64,000 nucleotides of DNA. Origin: an uncultured delta proteobacterium (GTDB lineage Bacteria; Desulfobacterota; RBG-13-43-22). The stretch spans positions 160,001 to 224,000 of the forward strand of contig CAWDKY010000017.1 in the NCBI GenBank assembly GCA_963802945.1, written 5' to 3'. The notes under the pieces were generated by a model. The model worked only from the letters and a program-made list of their open reading frames with translations, was not told where the DNA came from and did not search any database. The translations under genes and the position numbers were made by a program. Position 1 is the stretch's first letter, and each line of letters opens with the position of its first letter. Positions 40,389 through 49,494 of the stretch are shown here, piece after piece.

Positions 40389-41240
40389 GCCTATATTTTC
40401 AACAATCTTTTTTATACGCTCAGGTACACTCCAAGATTCTCTGACCTGCGCGTTACCCCTAGGTGCTGCTTTAAGCCTTTCAAGTGCATCATCCGAAAAT
40501 TGACGGCATTTTTCAATTAAATCCATAATCCTCTTCGCTTCTGCCCAAGATGATGAGGATTCAAGGCAACCAACGAGTGCATTTGAAATCTTAAACGCAA
40601 TCTGTGGCTTGGCAGCTAATAGCTCTATTATTTCCTTTGCAATATCCTTTGGTATGCGATCCTTAGCTTGAAGAGCTTGATATTTCCCTATGAAACCATA
40701 AGGATCAATTCCAACTTTTAAAGGGACAATAGGAACCTTACGCCCAATGGCCACACCAATTTCTTGATCCGTCCACTTACTTTCGTTAAATCCCGGAGTC
40801 AAGAAAGCCACAAGCGCGTCCATAGTCGTAAGAGCTATTTCAATTTCCTTCTGCCAATCCTTTGTTGGCTCAATATCTTCATGTGCAATAAAACATGCAA
40901 ACCCATACTTAACCAATTCAATTTTAATGTTTTTGACAGCAATTTTCTCTGAAGCAAGATGACTTAAAAATATGCGTGGTTGCTCAGGTGACCAGAAAGC
41001 TGGTTGTTCAGAGGATTCAAGTTCTGTCACAACACCAAGATGCTTTGCTAACTCCACTAAAGATTGATCACTGGCGTTATTAATCATATCCATGACATAA
41101 TCATCTCTATTATCTCCCCGCCATTCATCAGTCCATGGCAATTTAAATTGTTTTAGAGTTAAATCAATGATTGACCAGTTTTCTTTACCAAGTGCTGCAG
41201 ATGTTTCTTTAATGAGATGAATTCGCTCAGACGGTTTCAT
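40383..41240 (-). CDS. TIR-domain protein, gene cassette
   Basis: RIFLSH, FIAHEDIEPTKDWQKEI, SKWTDQEIGVAIGR (catalytic-type Glu); lower GC than the flanks. Confidence 0.9.
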   Translation of the reverse strand: MKPSERIHLIKETSAALGKENWSIIDLTLKQFKLPWTDEWRGDNRDDYVMDMINNASDQSLVELAKHLGVVTELESSEQPAFWSPEQPRIFLSHLASEKIAVKNIKIELVKYGFACFIAHEDIEPTKDWQKEIEIALTTMDALVAFLTPGFNESKWTDQEIGVAIGRKVPIVPLKVGIDPYGFIGKYQALQAKDRIPKDIAKEIIELLAAKPQIAFKISNALVGCLESSSSWAEAKRIMDLIEKCRQFSDDALERLKAAPRGNAQVRESWSVPERIKKIVENIGG

Positions 41241-41261
41241 CTAAAGACCTCTTTTATCATT

Positions 41262-41352
41262 AGTTAATGCGGCGTTGACCCGTGGCACGCCGCTTGCGGG
41301 GCCGTAAGGCCCAGGCAAGCAAGTGACATGGTGTCCAATGGCCTGGTTGGGG
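41262..41352 (-). mobile_element. Integron attC site 6 (R' reads ATT; no cassette ORF upstream)
   Basis: Minus strand CCCCAAC CAGGCCATTGGACACCATGTCAC ... GTGCCACGGGTCAACGCCGC ATTAACT. Confidence 0.7.
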
Positions 41353-41634
41353 CCGCCGTCGGTGCCTGTCTGAAAATCTAATTTTTTTTTATAACTTCAC
41401 TTTCCAAGAAGGAGCACTTGGGAAGAATTTATTTTTTGGTGCTATTTAGGTGTGACAAAATGCAGAAACTTGGTAACATATTATAAATGATAAGCAAAAT
41501 CTTAACAATTATTTTTTTGGGGGCAAAAAGCTATAAATAAATTCTTCCGTTTTTCTTTCATTCGTAGTATCTTATTTCTTAGGATGTCGACCAGAGGAGT
41601 CTTGTAACCATTTGATTTTTGGGGGATTATATCT

Positions 41635-42078
41635 ATGAAATATTCCGAAGCCAGGCAGGGACGCATTTTCATTATCCGATTGGAAGACGGGGAGATACTT
41701 CACGAAACGATCGAACAATTTACAGCCGAACAGAGGATCAAGGCCGCTTATATGATTGCTCTCGGCGGGGCTGACAGCCAAAGCCGTTTGGTGGTCGGCC
41801 CGGAAGACGGGCGGGCCACTCCGGTTAATCCCCTGACACATGAATTGGGAAATGTCCATGAAATCGTCGGGACCGGCACTCTGTTTCCGGATGAAGAAGG
41901 AAAGCCGATGCTGCATATGCATGTGGCCGCAGGGCGCATGAATTCCACCATAACCGGTTGTGTGAGAAACGGCGTTAAGGTATGGCAGGTGGCTGAGGTG
42001 GTTATGATAGAGTTACTGGATACTTCAGCCTCGAGAAAATTGGAAGCCTCTTTGGGCTTTAAATTGTTACAACCATAA
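41635..42078 (+). CDS. PPC/DUF296 domain protein
   Basis: IFIIRLEDGE, HEIVGTGTL, PMLHMHVAAGR, AEVVMIEL. Confidence 0.88.
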   Translation: MKYSEARQGRIFIIRLEDGEILHETIEQFTAEQRIKAAYMIALGGADSQSRLVVGPEDGRATPVNPLTHELGNVHEIVGTGTLFPDEEGKPMLHMHVAAGRMNSTITGCVRNGVKVWQVAEVVMIELLDTSASRKLEASLGFKLLQP

Positions 42079-42154
42079 CAACACGGTCCACGGTTCAAGG
42101 TATATAGTTTAAGGAAAAACTTTGAAACGTTGATCTTAATGTATCCCTAAAAAG

Positions 42155-42232
42155 TGTCACCCCAGCGAAAGCCGGGGTCCAGGACATCTTAATTAAATAA
42201 AATACCTGGATTCCGGCTTCCGCCGGAATGAC
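42155..42232. repeat. REP-like doublet
   Basis: tgtcaccccagcgaaagccggggtccagg ... cctggattccggcttccgccggaatgac. Confidence 0.75.
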
Positions 42233-42295
42233 TTGTTTCGGAATTTAGCCACTTTTTACAGGCATATTAAACTAACCCTTTTCACAATTTTTTCT

Positions 42296-44092
42296 ATGAA
42301 ACAGATACGCAATTTCAGCATTATCGCCCATATTGATCACGGCAAATCCACCCTGGCCGATCGGTTGATTCAATACGCCGGGCTGGTGGACCAGCGGCAA
42401 TTCCGGGATCAGATCCTGGATACCATGGACATCGAACGGGAACGGGGCATCACCATCAAGAGCAACACCGTTACCCTTCCCTATACCAATAAAAAAGGGG
42501 AAGAATTCGATCTGAACCTGATCGACACACCCGGTCATGTGGATTTTTCCTATGAAGTCTCCCGTGCCCTGGCCTCCTGCGAAGGGGTCTTGCTTTTGAT
42601 CGATGCCGCTCAGGGTGTGCAGGCTCAGACCCTGGCCAATATGTACGCCGCCGTGGAACAGGATCTGACCCTCATCCCGGTCATTAACAAAATCGATCTC
42701 CCTTCGGCCGATATTGAACGGGTCAAGGAAGAGATTGAAAACGATCTGGGCCTGGATTCCGAATCGGCCCTGCTGTGTTCGGCCAAGGAAGGGATCGGGA
42801 TTGAGGAAATTCTGGAGGCCATTACCGAACGGATTCCTTCGCCCAAAGGGAGCCGGGATGCCCCCTTGACCGCCCTGATCTTTGACGCCCATTATGATCC
42901 TTTTCGCGGGACCATTATCAGTTGCCGGGTCTTCAACGGATCGGTTCGTGCCGGGGATACGATTCGTCTCATGTCCAACGGGGCTACCTACCTGGTGGAA
43001 GAGGTGGGATTTTTTCGGTTGACGCGCGAGCCTCGAAAGGAACTTTCTGCCGGCGAAGTGGGGTATATTATCGCCGGCATCAAAACCGTCAGCGACACCC
43101 GCATCGGAGACACGATAACCCTTGATACCAATCCGGCCCCGGCGCCGTTACATGGTTTCAAAGAAGTCAAGCCCGTGGTCTTTTCCTCCATCTATCCCAT
43201 TTCATCCGAGGATTATCAGTCTCTGTCCGAAGCCCTGGAAAAATACAAGCTCAATGATGCCGCCCTGATCTATCAAAAGGATTCTTCCGCAGCCCTGGGG
43301 CAGGGGTTTCGCTGCGGCTTCCTGGGGTTGTTGCATCTGGAAATCGTTCAGGAGCGCCTGGAGCGGGAATATAACCAGTCTATCATTATGACCGTGCCCA
43401 GCGTCCAGTACCGCTATCATCTCAAGGACGGGGAGACGGTCATTGTCGATAACCCCCAATATTATCCCGATCCCATGACCATAGATTACTCCGAAGAACC
43501 CTTTATCCGGGCCACGATTTTGATCCCCGATACTTATTTAGGCAATATCATGAACCTCTGCCGGGAACGCCGCGGATTGAATCCCCAGATGCATTACCCC
43601 ACACCGGGCCGGGTGGAACTTAAATATGACCTGCCTTTGGCCGAGGTGATTTATGATTTTTACGACAAGCTGAAAAGCCTGACCCGCGGATACGGTTCTT
43701 TTGATTACGAGTTGATCGGCTATCGAGAAGCCGATCTGGTGAAACTGGATATCTTAGTCAACAGCGAGAAAGTGGATGCCCTTTCCCTGATGGTTCATCG
43801 GGATCGCGCCCGGGCCCGGGCGGTCCAGATCTGTGACCGGCTGAAAGATGAAATCCCCAGGCAGATGTTCAAGATCCCTATCCAGGGGGCCATCGGCGGT
43901 ACCATCATCGCCCGTTCGACCATCTCGGCCTTTCGGAAAGACGTCACCGCCAAATGTTACGGCGGGGACATCACCCGGAAACGAAAACTCCTTGAAAAGC
44001 AGAAAAAAGGCAAGCAGCGGATGAAGATGGTCGGCGCGGTTGAAATCCCCCAGGGCGCCTTTGTAGCCGTATTAAAGTCAGATACGGATTAA
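42296..44092 (+). CDS. lepA: Translation elongation factor 4
   Basis: [53 protein letters not shown]. Confidence 0.97.
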   Translation: MKQIRNFSIIAHIDHGKSTLADRLIQYAGLVDQRQFRDQILDTMDIERERGITIKSNTVTLPYTNKKGEEFDLNLIDTPGHVDFSYEVSRALASCEGVLLLIDAAQGVQAQTLANMYAAVEQDLTLIPVINKIDLPSADIERVKEEIENDLGLDSESALLCSAKEGIGIEEILEAITERIPSPKGSRDAPLTALIFDAHYDPFRGTIISCRVFNGSVRAGDTIRLMSNGATYLVEEVGFFRLTREPRKELSAGEVGYIIAGIKTVSDTRIGDTITLDTNPAPAPLHGFKEVKPVVFSSIYPISSEDYQSLSEALEKYKLNDAALIYQKDSSAALGQGFRCGFLGLLHLEIVQERLEREYNQSIIMTVPSVQYRYHLKDGETVIVDNPQYYPDPMTIDYSEEPFIRATILIPDTYLGNIMNLCRERRGLNPQMHYPTPGRVELKYDLPLAEVIYDFYDKLKSLTRGYGSFDYELIGYREADLVKLDILVNSEKVDALSLMVHRDRARARAVQICDRLKDEIPRQMFKIPIQGAIGGTIIARSTISAFRKDVTAKCYGGDITRKRKLLEKQKKGKQRMKMVGAVEIPQGAFVAVLKSDTD

Positions 44093-44330
44093 CAGGTTGC
44101 TGAAACCGGGTACCGCCCTGAAGGGGTGGGTGTGAGACGAGATGTGGGGCGAACAAAAAGGCCCATCTATCCCGCCTTCGGCGGGATTGCCCTCATTCCT
44201 CCCCGCCTTTCGGCGGGGCAGGCTTATTGCGACGTACTTTTATGTACGACTCATTCCTCGGGATTTTGAGCGCCTTGTATCTGAACCTTTTTGAGCAACC
44301 TGTAAAATATGTGTTTTTCCGCAAACTGTT
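44091..44330. mobile_element. Composite MITE; the inner part is an inverted homolog of 26145-26269 carrying two extra hairpins
   Basis: Ends aacaggttgctgaaa / tttgagcaacctgt and tttccgcaaactgtt; inserts tcccgccttcggcggga (44170) and ccccgcctttcggcgggg (44201). Confidence 0.7.
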
Positions 44331-44577
44331 AATTAGAAAAAGTCACAAGCATCTGCCAATTTCTTTCCTTACTTTTTCCTGAAAAAGTGATTTATTATTT
44401 TGGGAAATCATGCAGATTTTCTACTGATAACCGTTGACCAGACGGTGGGAGATTCGGGTTCTTAACTTCCATCTTACAAGGCTGTTGAGAATAATCAACA
44501 AAGGGAGAAATGGTAAAAAAAATCGAAAGTATTAATGGTTAGCTATGGGAAAATTTAAGGCAGCAGAAAACCGATTT

Positions 44578-44648
44578 CCACAAGATATTGCGGTAAAAAA
44601 ATAATTAGCATACAATATATTGACAAATTCCATAAAGTAGGATATAAA
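44578..44648 (+). promoter_or_regulatory. Tandem NrdR-like boxes overlapping a sigma70 promoter
   Basis: ccaCaAgATaTtGcgg (44578) and ataCaAtATaTtGaca (44610), 32 bp apart; TTGACA-N17-TATAAA at 44620-44648. Confidence 0.6.
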
Positions 44649-45054
44649 TTATAAGGATTATTGTAAAGATTCATGGTTAATGATTGAATTTATTAGAAAA
44701 TGTGGACTACAGATAAGTCGTCATCTCTTTGTTAAAGCTTTCTAAGAAGGAGATTAAATTCAAATAGTAAAAATTTCACTTTATGAAAAAGTGCACCGAA
44801 TACTCCAAGCGGGAGTAGAGGGAATTTTAGGAATAGGATTCGGATTAGTATTCTTATTTTTATGGGGTCGGCTAATTAGGTGAGGGATATGTCCTTGGTG
44901 TATGGGGATCATTCCCGTTACAAGAATAATTTGTGTCCCTGAGGTTGGAAGGCGGAGTTGTCTGGAATGGTCCAGGTTTAGTTTTTGAAAGTTTGAAAGA
45001 AAGTTGTGCGCCCGAATTCTCGATCTGCCGGTATGATGAAAGGAGGACACTGTA

Positions 45055-46710
45055 GTGAGCCAACGTTCTAAAGATCTCTCAACGCCTTGGTTAGGCAGTA
45101 AAGAGGAAAGCAGCCCAGACAGGCGCAGGACCATTGCGCCTGTTCCTTTTTTTAAAGACTCACCGATTGAAGGTTCTGCGACCGCTGAAATGAACACGTC
45201 TCCCTCCAACGAATTTATTATTATGGATAAATTGTTTGACAGAAGAAGTTATAGAGAAAGACGCATGTTTGCGCATAACGACATTGGAGAAAATTTTAGA
45301 AAAAACTCTATGGATCGAAGGATAATAAATAGAAGAAATACGCCTAGAGTTTTTGGCAATTTTAATGCGCAAATAAAAAGTTTCGGCAAACATAAAGTTG
45401 AAGCAGAAGTACTTAATATGGGTAACCGTGGAATATATATTGAAAGTAATAATTTTTTAGGATCAAAAGGAGCAGTGCTTGATATTTTGTTTAATATTGA
45501 CGGAGATAAATTAAAAATACAATCAACTGTAGTGTGGCAAAAAAAGGATGATTTGACAAACACGTATCGTTGCGGGTTAATGATAAACACCGAAAGGGAT
45601 AAAATAATTGCGCTAGAAAAAATGCTTTGGATGAGCAAAGAATATATAAGACAAATTGTAAGACCGCAGATTGAAAAAATGAATCTCAATGAAATTTTAA
45701 AACAAAAAATAATCGATTTTTTTAGAAATGACGTTAATACCTTTGCAAGACAATATTCAAAAAATGAGAAAGCGATTTTGAAGGGATTTTTAAAAAAGGA
45801 AGAAGCAAAGGATGTTGTTAGAGAATTGATAAACCAAATTGTGGAAAAAGGCGATTTGCTTTTTAATGATATAGAAGAAAGCAAGATTCTGTCAAAAATT
45901 AAAGAGATTTTCAGGCAGACCATAGGATGTTGGATATATCAGAGTGAATTGACGAGTCATGCTCTCAAGAAGCCAAGAGGGTATCCGGGTGATTACAAAA
46001 TGATAGAACTTGTTTATGACAATAAACTAATATCTAAGAAAATTGGACAATGTATGGATAGAATTTTTTTAGATAATGCATTTGCTGTAGCAATACGAAA
46101 TAGGAAAAAATGGATGGGAAACATATTAAAAGAGCAGATTAAAAAAGTAAAAATCAATGAAACGCTAAAAGTCATGAATGCTGCCTGCGGTTCTAGCAGA
46201 GAAATTAAAGAATTGTTTGAAAAAAAGATGCCGTGCCAAGGGAAAGTCATATTTTCTTTGATTGACCATGACCAAGAAGCTTTGGATTATACGAGGACCA
46301 GTTTGATGAAAGTGAAACCTAAGTGGGCAGAATTGGATTTGATAGAAGAAAATATTTTGAGATTAAGACCCGGCAATGCAAAGTATGTGAATAAATTTAG
46401 TGGATATAACCTTATCTATAGCATTGGATTAGCCGATTATCTGCCCGATAAAATACTGCTCATTTTTTATGAATTCTGTAAAAAGGTACTGGCTGATAAT
46501 GGATTTTTGGTGATTGCTCATAAGGATAAAGATAGATATGAACCTATACTCCATAGCTGGTATGTCGACTGGAATTTTATCCCTAGAAATAATCCGGAGT
46601 TTAGGGAATTGACGAGAAAAGTATTTGGCGATGATTACAGAATAGAAACAATATGGGAGCCTTCGGAGATCATATTTTTTTTAAAAATATCAAAAAAGCA
46701 GCGAGAATAG
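45055..46710 (+). CDS. PilZ domain fused to a class I SAM methyltransferase (PhcB-like)
   Basis: RRNTPR...NMGNRG PilZ-like motifs; KPRGYPGDYKMIE, AVAIRNRK, NAACGSSRE, YSIGLADYL; AAGGAGG RBS; AT-rich. Confidence 0.75.
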   Translation: MSQRSKDLSTPWLGSKEESSPDRRRTIAPVPFFKDSPIEGSATAEMNTSPSNEFIIMDKLFDRRSYRERRMFAHNDIGENFRKNSMDRRIINRRNTPRVFGNFNAQIKSFGKHKVEAEVLNMGNRGIYIESNNFLGSKGAVLDILFNIDGDKLKIQSTVVWQKKDDLTNTYRCGLMINTERDKIIALEKMLWMSKEYIRQIVRPQIEKMNLNEILKQKIIDFFRNDVNTFARQYSKNEKAILKGFLKKEEAKDVVRELINQIVEKGDLLFNDIEESKILSKIKEIFRQTIGCWIYQSELTSHALKKPRGYPGDYKMIELVYDNKLISKKIGQCMDRIFLDNAFAVAIRNRKKWMGNILKEQIKKVKINETLKVMNAACGSSREIKELFEKKMPCQGKVIFSLIDHDQEALDYTRTSLMKVKPKWAELDLIEENILRLRPGNAKYVNKFSGYNLIYSIGLADYLPDKILLIFYEFCKKVLADNGFLVIAHKDKDRYEPILHSWYVDWNFIPRNNPEFRELTRKVFGDDYRIETIWEPSEIIFFLKISKKQRE

Positions 46711-46810
46711 GATGCGAAAATCTCTGCTGTCGGAATTTTATTAATACCAAAGTTAAAGAATCTCTTGGCAATACTCCCCTATAATAATTATTATTGCCGA
46801 GAAAAAAGGT

Positions 46811-49441
46811 ATGAAGGCTATAGACAGTAAAAAAATCGAACAGGACCCAATCTTCCTGGAGCGTTTAAAAAAAGAAGGGCGCGAGAGACTCCAGTCAGAA
46901 TTTCGTTACATCTTGATCCTGAGTTGTTTTATTTGGACGAGCTTCTACGGTCTTGATATCATCACCTCACCTGAACACCACCTGACTTTTCTGGGGCTGA
47001 GGCTGTTGGTGGTTCTCAACTATGTTATAGGGATCGTAGTACTTTCCTCCAAACTCGGGTCAAAAATTGGGGGACCTCTCTTAGTGTGGGAGTATTATAT
47101 TACCACCCTGTCGATCTCCATCATGACCACTTATATCGGCGGGTTCGACAGCAGCTATTATATCGGGATCGTGATGATTATTTTCATTTCAGGTCTATTT
47201 ATTCCTTTGGGCCTCCCTGAAACCGTTACCGGCGGACTGATGACATTGGTGAGTTATTTCGCGATAAACGCATTTTTCGGCCCACCCGAATCGGTCAAGA
47301 TCAACAAGGTCATTTTCCCGTTCTTTTTTATTTCGGGGGCGTTGGTCTGTACAATGTTCGGAATAAGAAGGAGTGAAAGGAACAGGCGCAGTGATCTCAA
47401 ATTGCGAATGCAGATCGAGAGGGCCAACGATGAACTCAAGGAGCTTGACCAGGCTAAAATGCGATTCTTCTCCAACGTCAGCCACGAGCTTAGAAGTCCT
47501 CTGACCCTTATTCTCGGACCTCTTGAGATGCTCCTTAAGGGCAAACAAGACCATCAGGAAATGCGCCCACTCCTCCAGGCGATGGAGGGCAATGCCCGCC
47601 GGCTGTTGCGACAGGTCAACACATTGCTTGATTTTGCCAAAATGGACGCCGGAAAGCTCGAATGTAATTATGAATACAGCAACCTGGCAAGGATCATTCG
47701 GGGATTAGCCGATGCGGCCAGACCTCATCTGATGAACCGGAAAATTGACCTGGTTATTGAAGGATTCGAAAATTTCCCAGATACGATCTTTGATCCGGAC
47801 AAAGTTGAGACGATGGCGGCTAACCTGCTGTCCAACGCAATCAAGTTTACTCCTGAAGGCGGCCGGATTACGATCAGGACCGCAGAAGAGGATGAAATAA
47901 TCTGGTTTGAAGTCGAAGACACCGGCATCGGTATCCCGGGGGACAAGCTTGAGGCTGTTTTTGAGCGGTTCATTCAAGTTGATGACAAGATGGACAGACG
48001 TCAAGAGGGAACCGGCCTCGGTTTGGCCATGGTCAAACAGTTGGCCAAGATCCATGCCGGCAGAGTGACGGTCCGTTCAAAGCTTGGCGAGGGGACGACC
48101 TGTCGTGTTGAACTCCCTAAACGACCCGATTCCAAAGTATTGGAGCGACGTCGGGTCGTCGGTCGCCGGCGCGAGGATCAGATATCCTATGCCAGGACCG
48201 TCGCTATGATCAGTACTCCCGCCGAGGAAAAATCAGAGAGCCACAAGGAAACGCTCCTGGCCGATGTCTTGAGAGCCCGGTTCGGGGAAAATGAGGATAT
48301 CGCTGAAAGCATTCGGCATAGGGCCCCATCGGATGCACAAAAAGTGCTGGTTGTTGATGACAACCCGGATTTGCGACTCTTTATTGCCAGTAATCTCGCC
48401 GATGATTACCAGGTTAAGGTTGCCAAGGATGGTATGGAAGGTCTTGAATTAGCGAGGCGTTGGTTGCCCGACCTGATCGTGTCGGATATCATGATGCCCC
48501 GGATGGATGGTTACGAGCTTACACGTCAGGTTCGAAAAGATCCATCCCTATCCCAGGTTCCGGTGATTCTGGCCACCGCCAAGTCCGGCGGGGAGGCCGT
48601 CGCGGAAGGCTTGGGTATAGGCGCTAATGATTACCTGGCTAAACCTTTTGAAATCAGGGAACTGAGGGCCAGAGTTTCGGCACAACTGCGTACGCATCGT
48701 TTGGAACGGAATTTGAGTGAACGAGATAGCCGATTAGCCGCCATTGGCCAGATGACCAGTGCTATCGTTCACGATTTGAAAAACCCACTTTCAGCGATCA
48801 TCGGGTTTGCTGAGATCTCCAGGCAGGATGTCCTAAGCGGTAAAGGGACTGATATGGTGATTCATGACCTGGAACCTGTAGTTAGCGAAGCCAATCGACT
48901 GGATCGGATGATCGCGGAGGTGCTCGATTTTGCCCGCGGCAGCTCCTCGGACCTGAATCTCGTGCCCACCGAGTTGGCGGTTTACCTGGAGATGGTTTGT
49001 CCGCCTTTGCAAAAAAAATTAGCGGCCATGGGAATCGAATTGATTTTAAAACATGAATCAGGCACGAACCTGCTTGTCCAGATCGATAATGACCGGATGT
49101 TGCGAGTGATCGAAAATCTGATTCGAAACGCCCAGGAGGCGATTTGGTCAGGTGATCAGAATCCAAAGGGTAAACACATCTGGATCACGACCAGTTGCGA
49201 TGAACGCTCGGTCGCCGTGCGGATTGCGGACGATGGTCCCGGGATTGCGAAGGAAATGGTGACGGATTTATTTAAGACCTTTGTCACCGGGAAAAAGAGA
49301 ACAGGAACGGGGTTGGGACTGGCCACCGTCCGCAACCTGGTAATCGCCCATGGGGGGGAGATCACGGTGGAACCTAAGGGTGCGGAGGGAGGGGCCGCTT
49401 TTCTGCTAAAGTTTCCGCGAATTACTAATGGTCAGCCGTAA
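46811..49441 (+). CDS. Membrane hybrid sensor kinase: TM-HisKA-HATPase-REC-HisKA-HATPase
   Basis: SHELRSPL, NAIKFT, GTGLGL; VVDDN/DIMMP/KPF; HDLKNPL, NAQEA, GTGLGL. Confidence 0.92.
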   Translation: MKAIDSKKIEQDPIFLERLKKEGRERLQSEFRYILILSCFIWTSFYGLDIITSPEHHLTFLGLRLLVVLNYVIGIVVLSSKLGSKIGGPLLVWEYYITTLSISIMTTYIGGFDSSYYIGIVMIIFISGLFIPLGLPETVTGGLMTLVSYFAINAFFGPPESVKINKVIFPFFFISGALVCTMFGIRRSERNRRSDLKLRMQIERANDELKELDQAKMRFFSNVSHELRSPLTLILGPLEMLLKGKQDHQEMRPLLQAMEGNARRLLRQVNTLLDFAKMDAGKLECNYEYSNLARIIRGLADAARPHLMNRKIDLVIEGFENFPDTIFDPDKVETMAANLLSNAIKFTPEGGRITIRTAEEDEIIWFEVEDTGIGIPGDKLEAVFERFIQVDDKMDRRQEGTGLGLAMVKQLAKIHAGRVTVRSKLGEGTTCRVELPKRPDSKVLERRRVVGRRREDQISYARTVAMISTPAEEKSESHKETLLADVLRARFGENEDIAESIRHRAPSDAQKVLVVDDNPDLRLFIASNLADDYQVKVAKDGMEGLELARRWLPDLIVSDIMMPRMDGYELTRQVRKDPSLSQVPVILATAKSGGEAVAEGLGIGANDYLAKPFEIRELRARVSAQLRTHRLERNLSERDSRLAAIGQMTSAIVHDLKNPLSAIIGFAEISRQDVLSGKGTDMVIHDLEPVVSEANRLDRMIAEVLDFARGSSSDLNLVPTELAVYLEMVCPPLQKKLAAMGIELILKHESGTNLLVQIDNDRMLRVIENLIRNAQEAIWSGDQNPKGKHIWITTSCDERSVAVRIADDGPGIAKEMVTDLFKTFVTGKKRTGTGLGLATVRNLVIAHGGEITVEPKGAEGGAAFLLKFPRITNGQP

Positions 49442-49494
49442 CCGTCCGCCTCGTTATCTTTTTTAATTCGATCATCCATAGTGAGAGTGAAGAT

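Noticed and set aside
41353-41634. attI/intI at the head of the cassette array
   Set aside because: The stretch is AT-rich with no tyrosine recombinase remnant that I can recognise; the next gene is DUF296.
42233-42295. N-terminal extension of LepA
   Set aside because: The family start MKQIRNF is at 42296; the extension begins at the edge of a REP element.
44759-44883. Possible small membrane peptide (…VHRILQAGVEGILGIGFGLVFLFLWGRLIR*) after an AGGAG
   Set aside because: There is no convincing canonical start at RBS distance and hydrophobic frames arise easily in AT-rich DNA.
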